A stretch of DNA of 64,000 bases from Eledone cirrhosa (GCA_964016885.1 OZ024741.1:160394001-160458000); one strand, 5' to 3'. Positions 1-14,425 are shown, counted from the stretch's first letter. A program made the numbers and translations. The notes: a model not told the origin generated them from the letters alone.

Positions 1-2
1 TC

Positions 3-451
3 CATCAAACCCTCACAATAAACCCTAGAGTAACAAAATGCGGAAGGCCCAACTGTGGCATATGCATAAATCTAATAGAAGGTTCAACATTCCATTTTAA
101 ACAAGGACAACGTTTCACAGTTAAACACAACTTTACATGTGCATCTGAAAACCTTATCTATGTTTTGACTTGCTCAGGTTGTCTAGAGCACTACATAGGA
201 CAGACAAAATAAACAGCCTCCGTCAACGTATGACCGTCCATAAATCACAAATTAAAATACAGGAATACAGAAAGATTGCATTTAGTGAACATATCGCCAA
301 CTGTGCTCTCAACCAACTTCCAAACTTTACAATTTTCCCCATTTATAAATTCATAGACAACGCTACTTTCATCCAACGCACCAATAAGGAAACACATTTC
401 ATTAATAAATTTCAACCAGTACTCAACGCCCTAAAATTCGAACCTTTCTAA
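3..451 (+). pseudogene. Penelope-like element (Neptune-type) C-terminal Zn-linker plus GIY-YIG endonuclease, frameshifted near 210
   Basis: Frame from nt 3 reads KCGRPNCGIC...FTCASENLIYVLTCSGCLEHYIGQTK*, then shifts to NSLRQRMTVHKSQI...SEHIANC...KETHFINKFQPVLN. This is the LIY-YIG motif with CxxC and conserved R, H, E, N of PLE endonucleases. Confidence 0.9.
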
Positions 452-1105
452 AACTGCAACAAACCATGAAACATTTACAAGAGTTACCTCCCTCACACCC
501 TAACTAATCCTTTTTCTTAAATAAATTAAATATCACCCAACATGAATTGCTCCCCCCTGCATATTAACTCTCTAAAAAGGGAAATCATATCAAACCTCAG
601 TCCACCATTTGCCTCCTTCACCGAACCATGGTTCAACTAAGCACTCTTACGATATTAACACATTTTGAACTGCTTAACTTCAATGACTGTGCTTGTAAAT
701 AACATTAACTTTTCTTCCACATTGACTTTTTACGTTCCACAATATGCACCTTTTTTTTTCCTTTTTCTTTTTTCTTTTCACTTCTTAAACCTTGTTTGTA
801 TATAACATTATTCTTTCTGCACCTTCTGTTTAACATGTGCGACACCACACTAATACATTTCACTATCATTTGATAATGCATATAAATGCAGAAACCGGTA
901 ATAGACAATAATTAAATATATAAATAGATAAATAAATGCCATTGTTAAATAATAAATAAATCAACGAACACCTTAACACTTCACACAAAGTAAAACATTT
1001 TGTTTTAATCATTTTCTAACCCAGAAAAAAGAGACAGAGAGACACAAAAAAAAGGAAAAAAATATATTTTTCTTCCTCAAAATCGTCTCTTTCTCCCTGT
1101 TTTCA
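452..1105 (+). mobile_element. 3' pLTR/UTR of the PLE, ending at a (TA)n tract
   Basis: Follows the GIY-YIG stop and contains an HHR-like motif. The last ~95 nt (1009-1105) recur at 15293-15388, also abutting (TA)n. Confidence 0.7.
861..905 (+). ncRNA. Minimal hammerhead ribozyme, U3-A8 core variant
   Basis: TTGATAA (870-876), stem II TGCA-tataaa-TGCA, GAAA, palindromic CCGG, GUA site; stem I is weak. Confidence 0.5.
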
Positions 1106-1157
1106 TATATATATATATATATATCTTAACTCGTGTGCCTCCTCTCCACATTTTATT

Positions 1158-1237
<80 letters not shown>

Positions 1238-1693
1238 TATGGGCATGTGTGTGTGCGTGACTGTCGGAGAGGAAACAGGTCCAACAACAACATGGTACAT
1301 ACTTTGTTATAGCAGAATATTACTGAAATCTTAATTGAATTTCTGTGTTTCTCTTGCAGATAGGGTAGATATGAGATCAAAGAGGGAAATGAGATACTTA
1401 AAGTGTAAATAGACAACGTGTGAAACACACAAACATGACAAATACATTTGGTGAATCCAAGGAAGCAATCACTTAGAAACAAAGATCTGTTATTTCACGA
1501 TTCGTCAAGCTATTTAATTAAACATCCTACTTATATAGTCACACACACACACACACACAGATATATATATATATATACATCAATGGATATATATAAATAT
1601 ATATGCATATATACATATATGCATATCTTTTCCTCCCGACCCCTATCTGACTCTCTCTCTGTCTATATATATACACATATATACATATATGCA

Positions 1694-1727
<34 letters not shown>

Positions 1728-1780
1728 TCTCTCTCTCTCTCTATTTCTCTCTTTATCTCTATCTCTCCCTCTCTCTCTCA

Positions 1781-1811
<31 letters not shown>

Positions 1812-2118
1812 TCTCTCTCTCTCTCTGTATATATATATATATATACCGTTGTTTCGTTCTGACTTGAAATGTAATTGTGTCGTGTTTTACATGGTTTTGT
1901 TGTAGTCAATTTCACACAACACCTTTGCTACTGATACACCATGTCACACACCCAAGTGCATGCATATGTATTTATGAATGACGCATGCATGTATGTTTGC
2001 ATGCATGTATGTTGGATGCATGTATGTATGAATATATATGTATGTATGTATGTTTCATGTATATATATAAAGAGAGAGAGAAGAGGGAGGGAGAGATACA
2101 TATACATGTATGTATACA

Positions 2119-2187
<69 letters not shown>

Positions 2188-2311
2188 AGAGAGGGACAGT
2201 TGGGAGGAGGTAGAGATACATGTATATATACAATCAAATCGATATAGATATATATGTATACTTATACAAATATATGCATATTCATATACTTGTATATATA
2301 CATATATATGA

Positions 2312-2689
<378 letters not shown>

Positions 2690-2787
2690 AGTTATAAACT
2701 CAAAATAGTCTTTTACAATTAAATAGCTAAAAAAAAGGGAATATTTCCGAGCCGTGTAATACAAATGAATATATGAGAGGGATGAAC

Positions 2788-3142
2788 ACTGATACAAGTA
2801 TACAAGTGTTCGAATTGCAAATCACCAAGTTAGCTAGGTTGAAAAATACTATTTTAAAATAATATGGTTTGCCTGTCTCGATTTAAAGTAACGAATAGTA
2901 AAGGTACGAATTTCCTGGATACCCGCAGAAGAGCACAGGGATAGTGAATTTCACTTAATAATTGTTGCGAAACAAATTTAGAATTTGTCCGGGTATCAGG
3001 GCCATTGCCAATATAGGTTTGTTATTTTTATTGATTTATTACTTTAAATCGAGACAGGCAAACCATATTATTTTAAATTAGTATTTTTCAACCTCGCTAA
3101 CTTGGTCATTTGCAATTCGAAAACATGTATACTTGTATCGGT
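2788..3142. repeat. Fold-back element: ~104-bp inverted arms (2788-2891 / 3039-3142) around an HHR-containing loop
   Basis: gatacaagtatacaagtgttcgaattgcaaat...tttaaagtaa is reverse-complementary to ttactttaaatc...tatacttgtatc. Confidence 0.9.
2918..2997 (+). ncRNA. Type I hammerhead ribozyme with CAGAAGA (U4A) core
   Basis: Stem I GATACCCG/CGGGTATC (8 bp), CAGAAGA, stem II GCA..TGC, GAAA, stem III CAAATT/AATTTG, GUC site ending at 2989. Confidence 0.8.
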
Positions 3143-3158
3143 CTTTTGTATATATATA

Positions 3159-3230
<72 letters not shown>

Positions 3231-3233
<3 letters not shown>

Positions 3234-4279
3234 CTGGAGAATGGTGGAAAAAGTCAGAAAGGAATTGGAAGATTCGGGATTCGACTACGAAGCAACATCA
3301 GAGAGGAAAACACATGATCGACGATCTGACGCCTTCAGAACACCCGAGTTCGTCGCTGAAGTTCAGGATATCATCAACAATGAACCTAGCAAGTCGATGC
3401 GTGCAAGGGAGAAAGGCGTGGATGAAAAGCTCATTAGGCTGGTGGTACATGAAGACATTCGCTACGTTTCATACAAGATGAGGAAAGGACAATTTCTGTC
3501 AAAGGCGATGCAAGAAAAGCGACTGAAGTACGCAAAGAAGCTGATCAACAAGTTGAAACACCCACTGGAGCCAGACATGCTGTGGTTTTTCTCCGACGAG
3601 AAAAACTTCTGCGAAGACCAGAAGATCAACTCCCAGAACAACAGGTGGCTCGCTGTCTCATCCAAAGACGTGCCCAGAGTCATGCAGACAAAGTTTCCAG
3701 CGATAACATTCGTCTTAGGTGTTGTCAGCAGTCAAGGTGACGTCATGCCACCTCACTTCTTCCCTGGAGGCCTCAGGCTGAACACCGATGGCTACATCTG
3801 CGTTCTGAGCGAGGTAGTAAAGCTCTGGATCGACCAGGTAGCTGCAGGTAGGCCGTACGTGTGGCAGCAAGACTCAGCGCCCTGCCATACCAGCCGAAAG
3901 ACCCAACCCTGGCTGTCAGAGAACTTCGTCGACCACACTTCATCTGACATCTGGCCTCCCAGCTCGCCTAACTGCAACCCCCTCGACTTCTTTGTGTGGG
4001 GCGCAGTGGAACGAGATACCAACAGATCTAGCTACAATACGAAAGACGATCTGAAGGCCAGGATCACAAGTACCTTTAGGGGCCTAAATCGGGGAACAGT
4101 GACGAATGCCTGTAACCGGTTCCAAGGCCACGTCAATGGCGGGTTTATCGAGTGAGATCGAAAGAGCAAATCGTGAAGACAAACTGACCCAAGTTTGATA
4201 AATATATCTTAAAATATGAAACTACTGTGTTACTTTTTCCTAGACAGTAATCTTGCGAACAAATATCGTCCGCACCCTG
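3231..4279 (+). mobile_element. Tc1/mariner DD37D (maT-type) transposon, 5'-truncated; transposase frame 3241-4155
   Basis: FSDEKNF...WQQDSAPCH...WPPSSPNCNPLDF with 37 residues between the second and third D. The 3' TIR ends ...cgtccgcaccctg|TA. Confidence 0.92.
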
Positions 4280-4300
4280 TATGTGTATATATATATATAT

Positions 4301-4959
4301 AATTAGTCCTTCATCAGTGATCTTCCAACCTTCATTGGCATTTCATCGCTTTCAAAATAATATACCTCTGGTTGGTGCGAGCAATAAGTAAATAAAGTTA
4401 TTGGGACAAGTAAAATAGCGTGAAGCGAGCGAGACATGTAAACAAACAAAGATGGAATTGCAACGGAAAGATAGGAAGAGACAAGTACATGATATCTAGA
4501 AGCTTAAGCTTGGTGAATTCATGGACGAGCGATACAGACCATCCGACATGGGTGAGATGTGAGCGAGAAAAGGATTTCACACAGGTCAAACGGGAGGAAG
4601 TGAAAGAGAGGGAGAAGCAGAGAGTGAGTGAGTGGAAGTGTGAGGTAGAGGCCAGCCGAGAGAGAGTGTGACTGGCAGAGAGGGTAAAAAGAAGGTGAGA
4701 GAGAGGGGAAGCAGTAAGAAAGAAACAGACAATCGCAGCTGAGGAAAAAATATAAATATAAGAAAAATGGAGTGCTGCGTGGTTGCACATGGGTTACATA
4801 TGAATAAAATTAGTCCTTCATCAGTGATCTTCCAACCTTCATTGGTATTTCATTAAAAATCATATACCCCGCGAGCAATAACTAAATAAAGTTATTGGGA
4901 CAAGTAAAATAGCGTGAAGCGAGCGAAACATGTAAACAAACAAAGATGGTATTGCAACG
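4301..4959 (-). repeat. Partial tandem repeat, period 507 nt (4301-4465 repeated at 4808-4959); probable pLTR-type remnant
   Basis: aattagtccttcatcagtgatcttccaacc...gatgg(a/t)attgcaacg occurs twice; both copies carry CTGATGA on the minus strand. Confidence 0.75.
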
Positions 4960-4965
4960 CTTCAC

Positions 4966-7880
4966 GTGAGACATATGATACAGTTAGTGTAATGACGTCA
5001 TGTATTACAGGTGCGAGATATGACACAGGTAGTGTAATGACGTCATGTGTTACAGGTGAGAAATGTAACGCAGGTAGTGTAATGACGACGTGTTACAGGT
5101 GAGAGATATGATACAGGTAGTGTAATGACGTTATGTATTACAGGTAAGAGATATGATACAGGTAGTGCAATGACGTTATGTATTATAGGTGAGAGATATG
5201 ATACACGTAGTATAATGACGTCATGTATTACAGGTAAGAAATGTGACACGGATAGTGTAATTAAATCCTGTATTACGGGTGAGAGATATCACACAGGTAG
5301 TGTAATTTTGTCACTTATTACAGGTACGAGCCATGTGACGGGTAGTTTACTGAAGCTCTATATTACAGGTGCCGGATGTGACAAAGGATGTATAATAATT
5401 TCTCGTGTTGCAGGTGCTAGATATGACACATGTTGTATAATGATTTCCCGTGTTATAGGTGAGAGATATGACACATGTTGTATAATGATTTCCCGTGTTA
5501 TAGGTGAGAGATATGACACAAGTAGTATAATGATTTCCCGTGTTATAGGTGAGAGATATGACACAAGTAGTATAATGATTTACCGTGTTATAGGTGATAG
5601 ATATGACATAAGTAGTGTAATGATTTACCGTGTTATAGGTGAGAGATATCACACAAGTAGTATAATGATTTCCCGTGTTATAGGTGAGAGATATGACACA
5701 AGTAGTGTAATGATTTCCCGTGTTATAGGTGAGAGATATGACACAAGTAGTGTAATGATTTCCCGTGTTATAGGTGAGAGATATGACATAAGTAGTGAAA
5801 TGATTTACCGTGTTATAGGTGAGAGATATGACACAGGTAGTGTAATGATTTCCCGTGTTATAGGTGAGAGATATGACACAAGTAGTGTAATGATTTCCCG
5901 TGTTAAAGGTGAGAGATATGACACAGGTAGTGTAATTATTTCCCGTGTTATAGGTAAGAGATATGACATAAGTAGTGTAATGATTTACCGTGTTATAGGT
6001 GAGAGATATGACACAGGTAGTGTAATGATTTCCCGTGTTATAGGTGAGAGATATGACATAAGTAGTGTAATGATTTACCGTGTTATAGGTGAGAGATATG
6101 ACACAGGTAGTGTAATGATTTACCGTGTTATAGGTGAGAGATATGACACAGGTAGTATAATGATTTACCGTGTTATAGGTGAAAGATATGACACAGGTAG
6201 TGTAATGATTTCCCGTGTTATAGGTGAGAGATATGACACAGGTAGTGTAATGATTTCCCGTGTTATAGGTGAGAGATATGACATAAGTAATGTAATGATT
6301 TACCGTGTTATAGGTGAGAGATATGACACAGGTAGTGTAATGATTTCCCGTGTTATAGGTGAGAGATATGACATAAGTAGTGTAATGATTTACCGTGTTA
6401 TAGGTGAGAGATATGACACAGGTAGTATAATGATTTACCGTGTTATAGGTGAGAGATATGACACAGGTAGTGTAATGATTTCCCGTGTTATAGGTGAGAG
6501 ATATGACACAAGTAGTGTAATGATTTACCGTGTTAAAGGTGAGAGATATGACACAAGTAGTGTAATGATTTACCGTGTTAAAGGTGAGAGATATGACACA
6601 TGTAGTGTAATGATTTACCGTGTTATAGGTGAGAGATATGACACAGGTAGTGTAATGATTTACCGTGTTATAGGTGAGAGATATGACACAGGTAGTGTAA
6701 TGATTTACCGTGTTATAGGTGAGAGATATGACACAAGTAGTGTAATGATTTACCGTGTTAAAGGTGAGAGATATGACACAAGTAGTGTAATGATTTACCG
6801 TGTTAAAGGTGAGAGATATGACACAAGTAGTGTAATGATTTACCGTGTTAAAGGTGAGAGATATGACACATGTAGTGTAATGATTTACCGTGTTATAGGT
6901 GAGAGATATGACACAAGTAGTGTAATGATTTACCGTGTTAAAGGTGAGAGATATGACACATGTAGTGTAATGATTTACCGTGTTATAGGTGAGAGATATG
7001 ACACAGGTAGTGTAATGATTTACCGTGTTATAGGTGAGAGATATGACACAGGTAGTGTAATGATTTACCGTGTTATAGGTGAGAGATATGACACATGTTG
7101 TATAATGATTACCCGTGTTATAGGTGAGAGATATGACACAGGTAGTATAACGATTTCCCGTGTTATAGGTGAGAGATATGACACATGTTGTATAATGATT
7201 TCCCGTGTTATAGGTGAGAGATATGACACAGGTAGTATAACGATTTACCGTGTTATAGGTGAGAGATATGACACATGTTGTATAATGATTTCCCGTGTTA
7301 TAGGTGAGAGATATGACACAGGTAGTATAACGATTTCCCGTGTTATAGGTGAGAGATATGACACATGTTGTATAATGATTTCCCGTGTTATAGGTGAGAG
7401 ATATGACACAGGTAGTGTAATGATTTACCGTGTTATAGGTGCTAGATATGACACATGTTGTATAATGATTTCCCGTGTTATAGGTGAGAGATATGACACA
7501 GGTAGTATAACGATTTCCCGTGTTATAGGTGAGAGATATGACACATGTTGTATAATGATTTCCCGTGTTATAGGTGAGAGATATGACACAGGTAGTGTAA
7601 TGATTTACCGTGTTATAGGTGAGAGATATGACACAGGTAGTGTAATGATTTACCGTGTTATAGGTGAGAGATATGACACAGGTAGTGTAATGATTTACCG
7701 TGTTATAGGTGAGAGATATGACACAGGTAGTGTAATGATTTCCCGTGTTATAGGTGAGAGATATGACACAGGTAATATAATGATTTACCGTGTTATAGGT
7801 GAAAGATATGACACAGGTAGTATAATGATTTACCGTGTTATAGGTCAGAGATATGACACAGGTAGTGTAATAAAATCATG
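4966..7880 (+). repeat. 45-bp minisatellite, ~65 units, open in one frame (ORF 5125-7899, 15-aa repeat ERYDTGSVMISRVIG)
   Basis: Consensus gagagatatgacacaggtagtgtaatgattt(c/a)ccgtgttataggt; 5' units are diverged and the core is homogenised. Confidence 0.97.
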
Positions 7881-8729
7881 TGACAAAAATTCTTTCTGAT
7901 AAACTTCAATGTGAAACCAGCCACCAATGCTTGATAAAAAGATTTCGATGTCATTGACTAAGTAACTAGAGAAAATCGTCCATGTTTAAATATCCTAACT
8001 GCAATTTTTACACTTCAGAATCGCTGATAAGTACGAATGAATGCGGAATCCATCGCACGAAACTGTTAGGCACGACAAAATGTTAATTATCATAGGTTAT
8101 TTTAACTGTATCACATGTATTAACTGGACTGAGGCAGTACTAAATGTATAAAAATATTTAAATTTTAACACCGGAGTCATTTTCACTACGAGACTAAACA
8201 TATGTTTATTAAACACATTTGTAACTATCTTTACAAATTTAATCTCAGACAAGTTTTTTTCAGGGACCGACTTAATCAACATACACGTCTAACTCTTCAT
8301 AACAATGTGAATAACTGCATTAACATTGTTCACAAATTAAGGAACTGCTTGTTTTTGAGTGAGCATGTAAAAGTAATCAAATTGTGAAGATGGCTTTAAC
8401 GGAAGACTGTGCAAAATCCCGTTAGATGGATTGTATCTGTATTTCAAAGGTTCAATCTTACACTTCCACGTACTGATTCTTCCTGGTCTATACGTACACA
8501 CGGAATACTCATCCATTTACCTACTAGCCTCATAAGCAGATACTTCTGCATATCGAAGAATTGAATAGTCATATATAAACATATATGTGTACACACACAA
8601 ACACATATATATATATATAGTAATAATAATAAATTTGAAGACTAAAATCCAAAGAGGGCTCGATAAGGATAAATATATATCAAATATATAAGAACCGTAG
8701 AGCAAATATTTATTAAAATAACAGATTAA

Positions 8730-8780
8730 AGTTTAAGCAAAGAATCGCTGCTTTCACCCTTAACGGGATCTTCTGAAATT
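8730..8780 (-). ncRNA. Hammerhead-like motif (U4A) in the Naiad 3' pLTR
   Basis: Reverse-complement copy of 10194-10244. Confidence 0.65.
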
Positions 8781-9448
8781 AACAAAGTCAATCTGTAAAC
8801 GCAGAAGTGGATATTTCAAAATAAGTTGCAACCGGAGGAAGACAGGAAGACGATACTTTGGTTCGTGGAAACGTTCCCTGCCAAAGAACGGGAAAAAGCG
8901 GGTAAAATTCTAACTAGGAAACCGAATGATTCAGAGGTAATTGAAATTAAATAAATACATACACGCATCCAAATACATACATACACAAGCATACGCGAAA
9001 ACACTCGCCATAGGTATACAAAACCACGCTCATATAAATATGTGTGTGTGTGTATACAAATAAATAAGTAATTAAATAAACGTATATAAATAAATAAATA
9101 CGTATATAACAAGCGCATACACATACCTACATGTAAATACACAAATGTTCGGAGACGTACGTCAACCAAAACATGAAGTACACATATACACACACCCAAC
9201 ATACGTACGAACCCGCATACTCACACAGACGCAAAACTCCCGTATACACATAACCAAAAGCATATGTACCAGAATATATAAAAATATACGCCATAACATA
9301 TACATTCAAATATACGTACGAGAAAGTATACGTACCTTCACAAAACATACAGGTAATATATACTTACCTATGCAAATAAGTAATGGTATAAACATAACAT
9401 ATACTTAGCTACCACATCAAGACGTAAAATATCCACGTATAGATCGTA

Positions 9449-10022
9449 CTATCCGTTAGGGTATAATGTGGGGTTGTAATACAGGAAAGTTTTGTGCAAT
9501 TTATGTTTACAAGCCGAAATTGCCCCAGATTTTTTGTTTAAGATGTGGTCTGTGGCGTAGAGTATTTCCAGGGCCTCAGCGGCGCAGAGGTCACAAGGTC
9601 TTTTATTTCCGTTATACGATCTAGCCCTAGCTAGGATCTCCCAGTGTAACTTATATTGGGTGTGGTTGTCTTTTAGACTCCAGATATAAGCTGAAAGTGA
9701 CGTCATATTCCTTCTTAGAGGGTAACGAAAAGAATGGGTATGCATGTAAAGACGCTGCTTGAAACTATTGGCGGTTAACCTATGTAGGCCCTACGGGACG
9801 TGGGTGTTTCAACCTTACATATGTAGACAATGTTACTAGAGAGGCATTTCCCGGATAGAGGGCAATCAACCCGATTCCTACAATTACAGTCAGTATTAAC
9901 TACAGGGTTTCACGTGTTCCTACGGCTAGGTAGTTTAGCTAAATTTGAAGCTGTGATGTTATGTGCAAGGTTAGGAGTCGTAGAGTAAAAAATTTTAATA
10001 GTATTTCTATTTAAAATGTTAT
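9449..10022 (-). pseudogene. Naiad-type PLE linker plus GIY-YIG endonuclease, frameshifted
   Basis: HNILNRNTIKIFYSTTPN, CNCRNRVDCPLSGKCLSSNIVYICKV..RAYIG, FKQRLYMH, TSLSAYIWSLKD..W.IL, CDLCAAE..ILNKKSGAISACKH. Confidence 0.88.
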
Positions 10023-10193
10023 GTCTTTGCGTGTAATTGGTTTTCACCGCTCCTATTAATGACGTATTATATTCGCTTTTTCCCGTTCTTTGCCAGGGAA
10101 CGTTTCCACGAACCAAAGTATCGTCTTCCTGTCTTCCTCCGGTTGCAACGTTTTTTGAAATATCCACTTCTGCGTTTACAGATTGACTTTGTT

Positions 10194-10244
10194 AGTTTCA
10201 GAAGATCCCGTTAAGGGTGAAAGCAGCGATTCTTTGCTTAAACT
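10194..10244 (+). ncRNA. Hammerhead-like motif (U4A) in the inverted Naiad pLTR
   Basis: AGTTT-CAGAAGA-T-CCC gttaa GGG-T-GAAA-GCA gcgattctt TGC-TT-AAACT. Confidence 0.7.
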
Positions 10245-10279
10245 TTAATCTGTTATTTTAATAAATATATATATATATG

Positions 10280-10408
<129 letters not shown>

Positions 10409-10799
10409 GGTAAACAGAAATTACAACACAATCAGTACAGTATATGTAAGGAATATATTAGGTTAACGCTATACATTTATATATGTGTGTGTGCTTGAAT
10501 GTGTGTGTATGTATCCGTCTCTATGTGTATGTGTGTCATCCACGAACTCAAGCAAATGCAATAATACCCGATTCCAATTAGGAACTCCGTCAACGCGGAA
10601 GAGGTGAGTGGAGCGCAAAGGGGACTATGTTGAAAAATAAACCGGATTTGGTCACATTTCATGAGAGTGAGTTGATCAGTCTATGAAGTCTCAGCCAAGT
10701 CTCGTATATATATATATATATCTATATATATAGTGGTGGAACACTGGAAGGTAATATCCGTAGTGGTGGAGCACTCAGTCCAAGGGACGAGTTAGATAG

Positions 10800-11076
<277 letters not shown>

Positions 11077-11081
11077 TATGC

Positions 11082-11200
<119 letters not shown>

Positions 11201-11211
11201 TGAATATTATA

Positions 11212-11638
11212 TTGAAAATGCAATGGGGGTCTTTAAGAGGGTTTATTTACAATAACTTTTAATTTTACCGCTTTCACACGTTACATGATATTCAAAGGTT
11301 AAGAGTGATGGAGAAATGTGTGGCTATGCCGACTTTTAGCTCACACATAATTTATATTGTGAATTTCTTTCAGTTTTATGCAAAAATTGTGTTTCAAATT
11401 GTTATATGTTTGAAGTACAATTTGTCAACCTATCCAATTGTCTTCCAAACATATAGCAATCTGAGCCACATTTCTTTCATAAAAGTGAAAGAAATTCCCA
11501 ACAAGCGTTAGATGCGAGTCGGTATAGCAACAAATCTCTTCATCTCTCTCAACTTTTCAATATTATGAAACTTGTGAAACAGGTAAAGTTATAAGTTATT
11601 GTAAATAAACCTGCTCAAAGACTCTAATTGTATATTCA
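11212..11638. repeat. Old diverged inverted repeat (11212-11335 / 11517-11638) with a decayed HHR-like motif
   Basis: gtctttaagagggtttatttacaataact...gctatgccgact pairs imperfectly with agtcggtatagc...gtaaataaacctgctcaaagac. Confidence 0.7.
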
Positions 11639-11711
11639 GCTTCTTTTTCCAATATATAGATATGCGAGCGTGGAAAAGCGAACGTAAAAACGATGATGAT
11701 GATGATGATGA

Positions 11712-11746
<35 letters not shown>

Positions 11747-12520
11747 GGTTTGTAGTATTTAGTTCCTCCTTTTATATTCTAATAGAAGAAAGAAACACTT
11801 ACTCCTCTCTCAAGTTTCGCCTCTAACTAGCGATCGACGAGAACGGCGTGTAACGTTAACGGGTTAGATAGAGATACTCAGCGAGTGAGGCAAGATTTTC
11901 GCCGCAGCAATATGAACAAAAAAAGAACATGTATAAGGCAAGACAGAGAAAATATAAAAACGTAAACGCGCCAAAAAAGATGATCGAAGCCCTTTAATAT
12001 ATTTTTGTCATTCTCACTGTCAACAATGCAGCGAATCAGAGATTTGTCCGTTTAGACAACCTGATAATTAACAAGATGGTTGTCCACTCATTGTGATACA
12101 ACAGAAATATGTATTGTATATAAAAATGAGTACGGTGGTCAATTTAATCGACTCGGAACTTTCCTTCAAATTTTGTTCTCATCTGCCAATTTCAGTTTTA
12201 GCAGCGAAGCCATTTTTGCGTCGGATATACCCGTATGTTAGTTTTATCGCCTCGTTCTTGAGAAGAAAGACATTTAGCATCCTTTTCTGCTTGTTAGTTT
12301 GTCGTGTATATTTACTACATTTTAATTTAATATATGTCCTCACAGTCAGTGCTGTTCAATACGCTCAATCTATTACAACCAGCGTTGAGCGTCTTGTCTC
12401 CGACAGAGAGAAACACATGCACCAAACAATTAGACAACTATATGTACGCAGAAATAGAAATCATGTTTAGCTAGAAAACGGAAAAATATAACCACTGTCC
12501 CTTCTACGTACTTCTCTCAG

Positions 12521-12575
12521 TATGCAAATGAGGCTAAACAGCCGATGTATACTTCAGAAAATACTATATATTTTC
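12521..12575 (+). promoter_or_regulatory. Candidate snRNA-type promoter cassette (octamer, box, TATA)
   Basis: TATGCAAATgAGGCTaaaCAGCCG...TATATA, with 43 nt from octamer to TATA; matches 45049-45097. Confidence 0.4.
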
Positions 12576-12739
12576 AACAGTTATATATAAACGAGTGGCA
12601 ATAACCTGGAGACATGTTGACTGTTCGTTGATGCTACGGTTAGAAGGAACGGATGATGATGATCATAAAAAAACATAGTGTAGTGAGGCTGTTTGCTTGC
12701 AAACAAATCGAATATTATTATTATTAATGTGGATAGGAT

Positions 12740-12856
12740 GGCGGTGGATTGGCAGTATCGGTAGAGAGTCGGACAGCATGCTTTGAAGCATAGAGTTACA
12801 TCCCTTTATGATCTGAGTTCAAATCCCACCGAGGTTAACTTTGCCTTTCATCCTTA
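12740..12856 (+). mobile_element. tRNA-derived SINE, 5' part
   Basis: A box tggcagtatcgg, B box gttcaaatcc, followed by gaggttaactttgcctttcatcctt shared with many copies in the window. Confidence 0.8.
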
Positions 12857-13248
12857 GTATATACACACACACACGCACACACACACGCACACACACACAC
12901 ACATATATATATATACATATATCTACATATATATATATGTATAGATATATATATACATACATACACATATATACACATATATATCCCTACATACATATGT
13001 GTATATGCACATAGACACACACACATATAGACGCACACACATATATATACGTATATATATATACACACACACTCACGTAGACACACATACATATACACAC
13101 TCACGTACACACACTCATTCTGGTATGTATATCTACACCCATTTACTCATGCATACATCTGCGCACAGACACATACGCGCACACATATATATTTATATAT
13201 ATGTATATATATATATATATATACAGTATATACATATATATATATATA

Positions 13249-13308
<60 letters not shown>

Positions 13309-13411
13309 AACGAGTAGGACCCCACTCTACTACCCTAAGTATTGAGTACTTTGGGGCGTTATGGTCCACCTGGTTCCTTACCACATTTCCTTCGTTATAT
13401 ATATATATATA

Positions 13412-13859
<448 letters not shown>

Positions 13860-13942
13860 GCATACTCCAGTCCCACAAACTGTAGAGTGATTCTTATCCG
13901 ATATCTGCATTGCTTTATTGTACTACAATAAAACTCACCTCC

Positions 13943-14425
<483 letters not shown>

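Larger units (their letters stand above)
8607..10268 (-). mobile_element. 5'-truncated Naiad-type PLE: ORF end, 3' pLTR (8607-9448) and inverted partial pLTR (10023-10268)
   Basis: 8705-8900 is the reverse complement of 10074-10268. Both ends abut TA tracts. A second copy lies at 54730-55921. Confidence 0.9.

Noticed and set aside
4966-7880. CRISPR-like array
   Set aside because: Contiguous tandem units with no unique spacers, eukaryotic context, and no cas genes.
8021-8075. Hammerhead-shaped motif (CTGATAA, GAAAC, GCA)
   Set aside because: Two uncompensated core changes and a 3-bp stem I; at best a dead relic.
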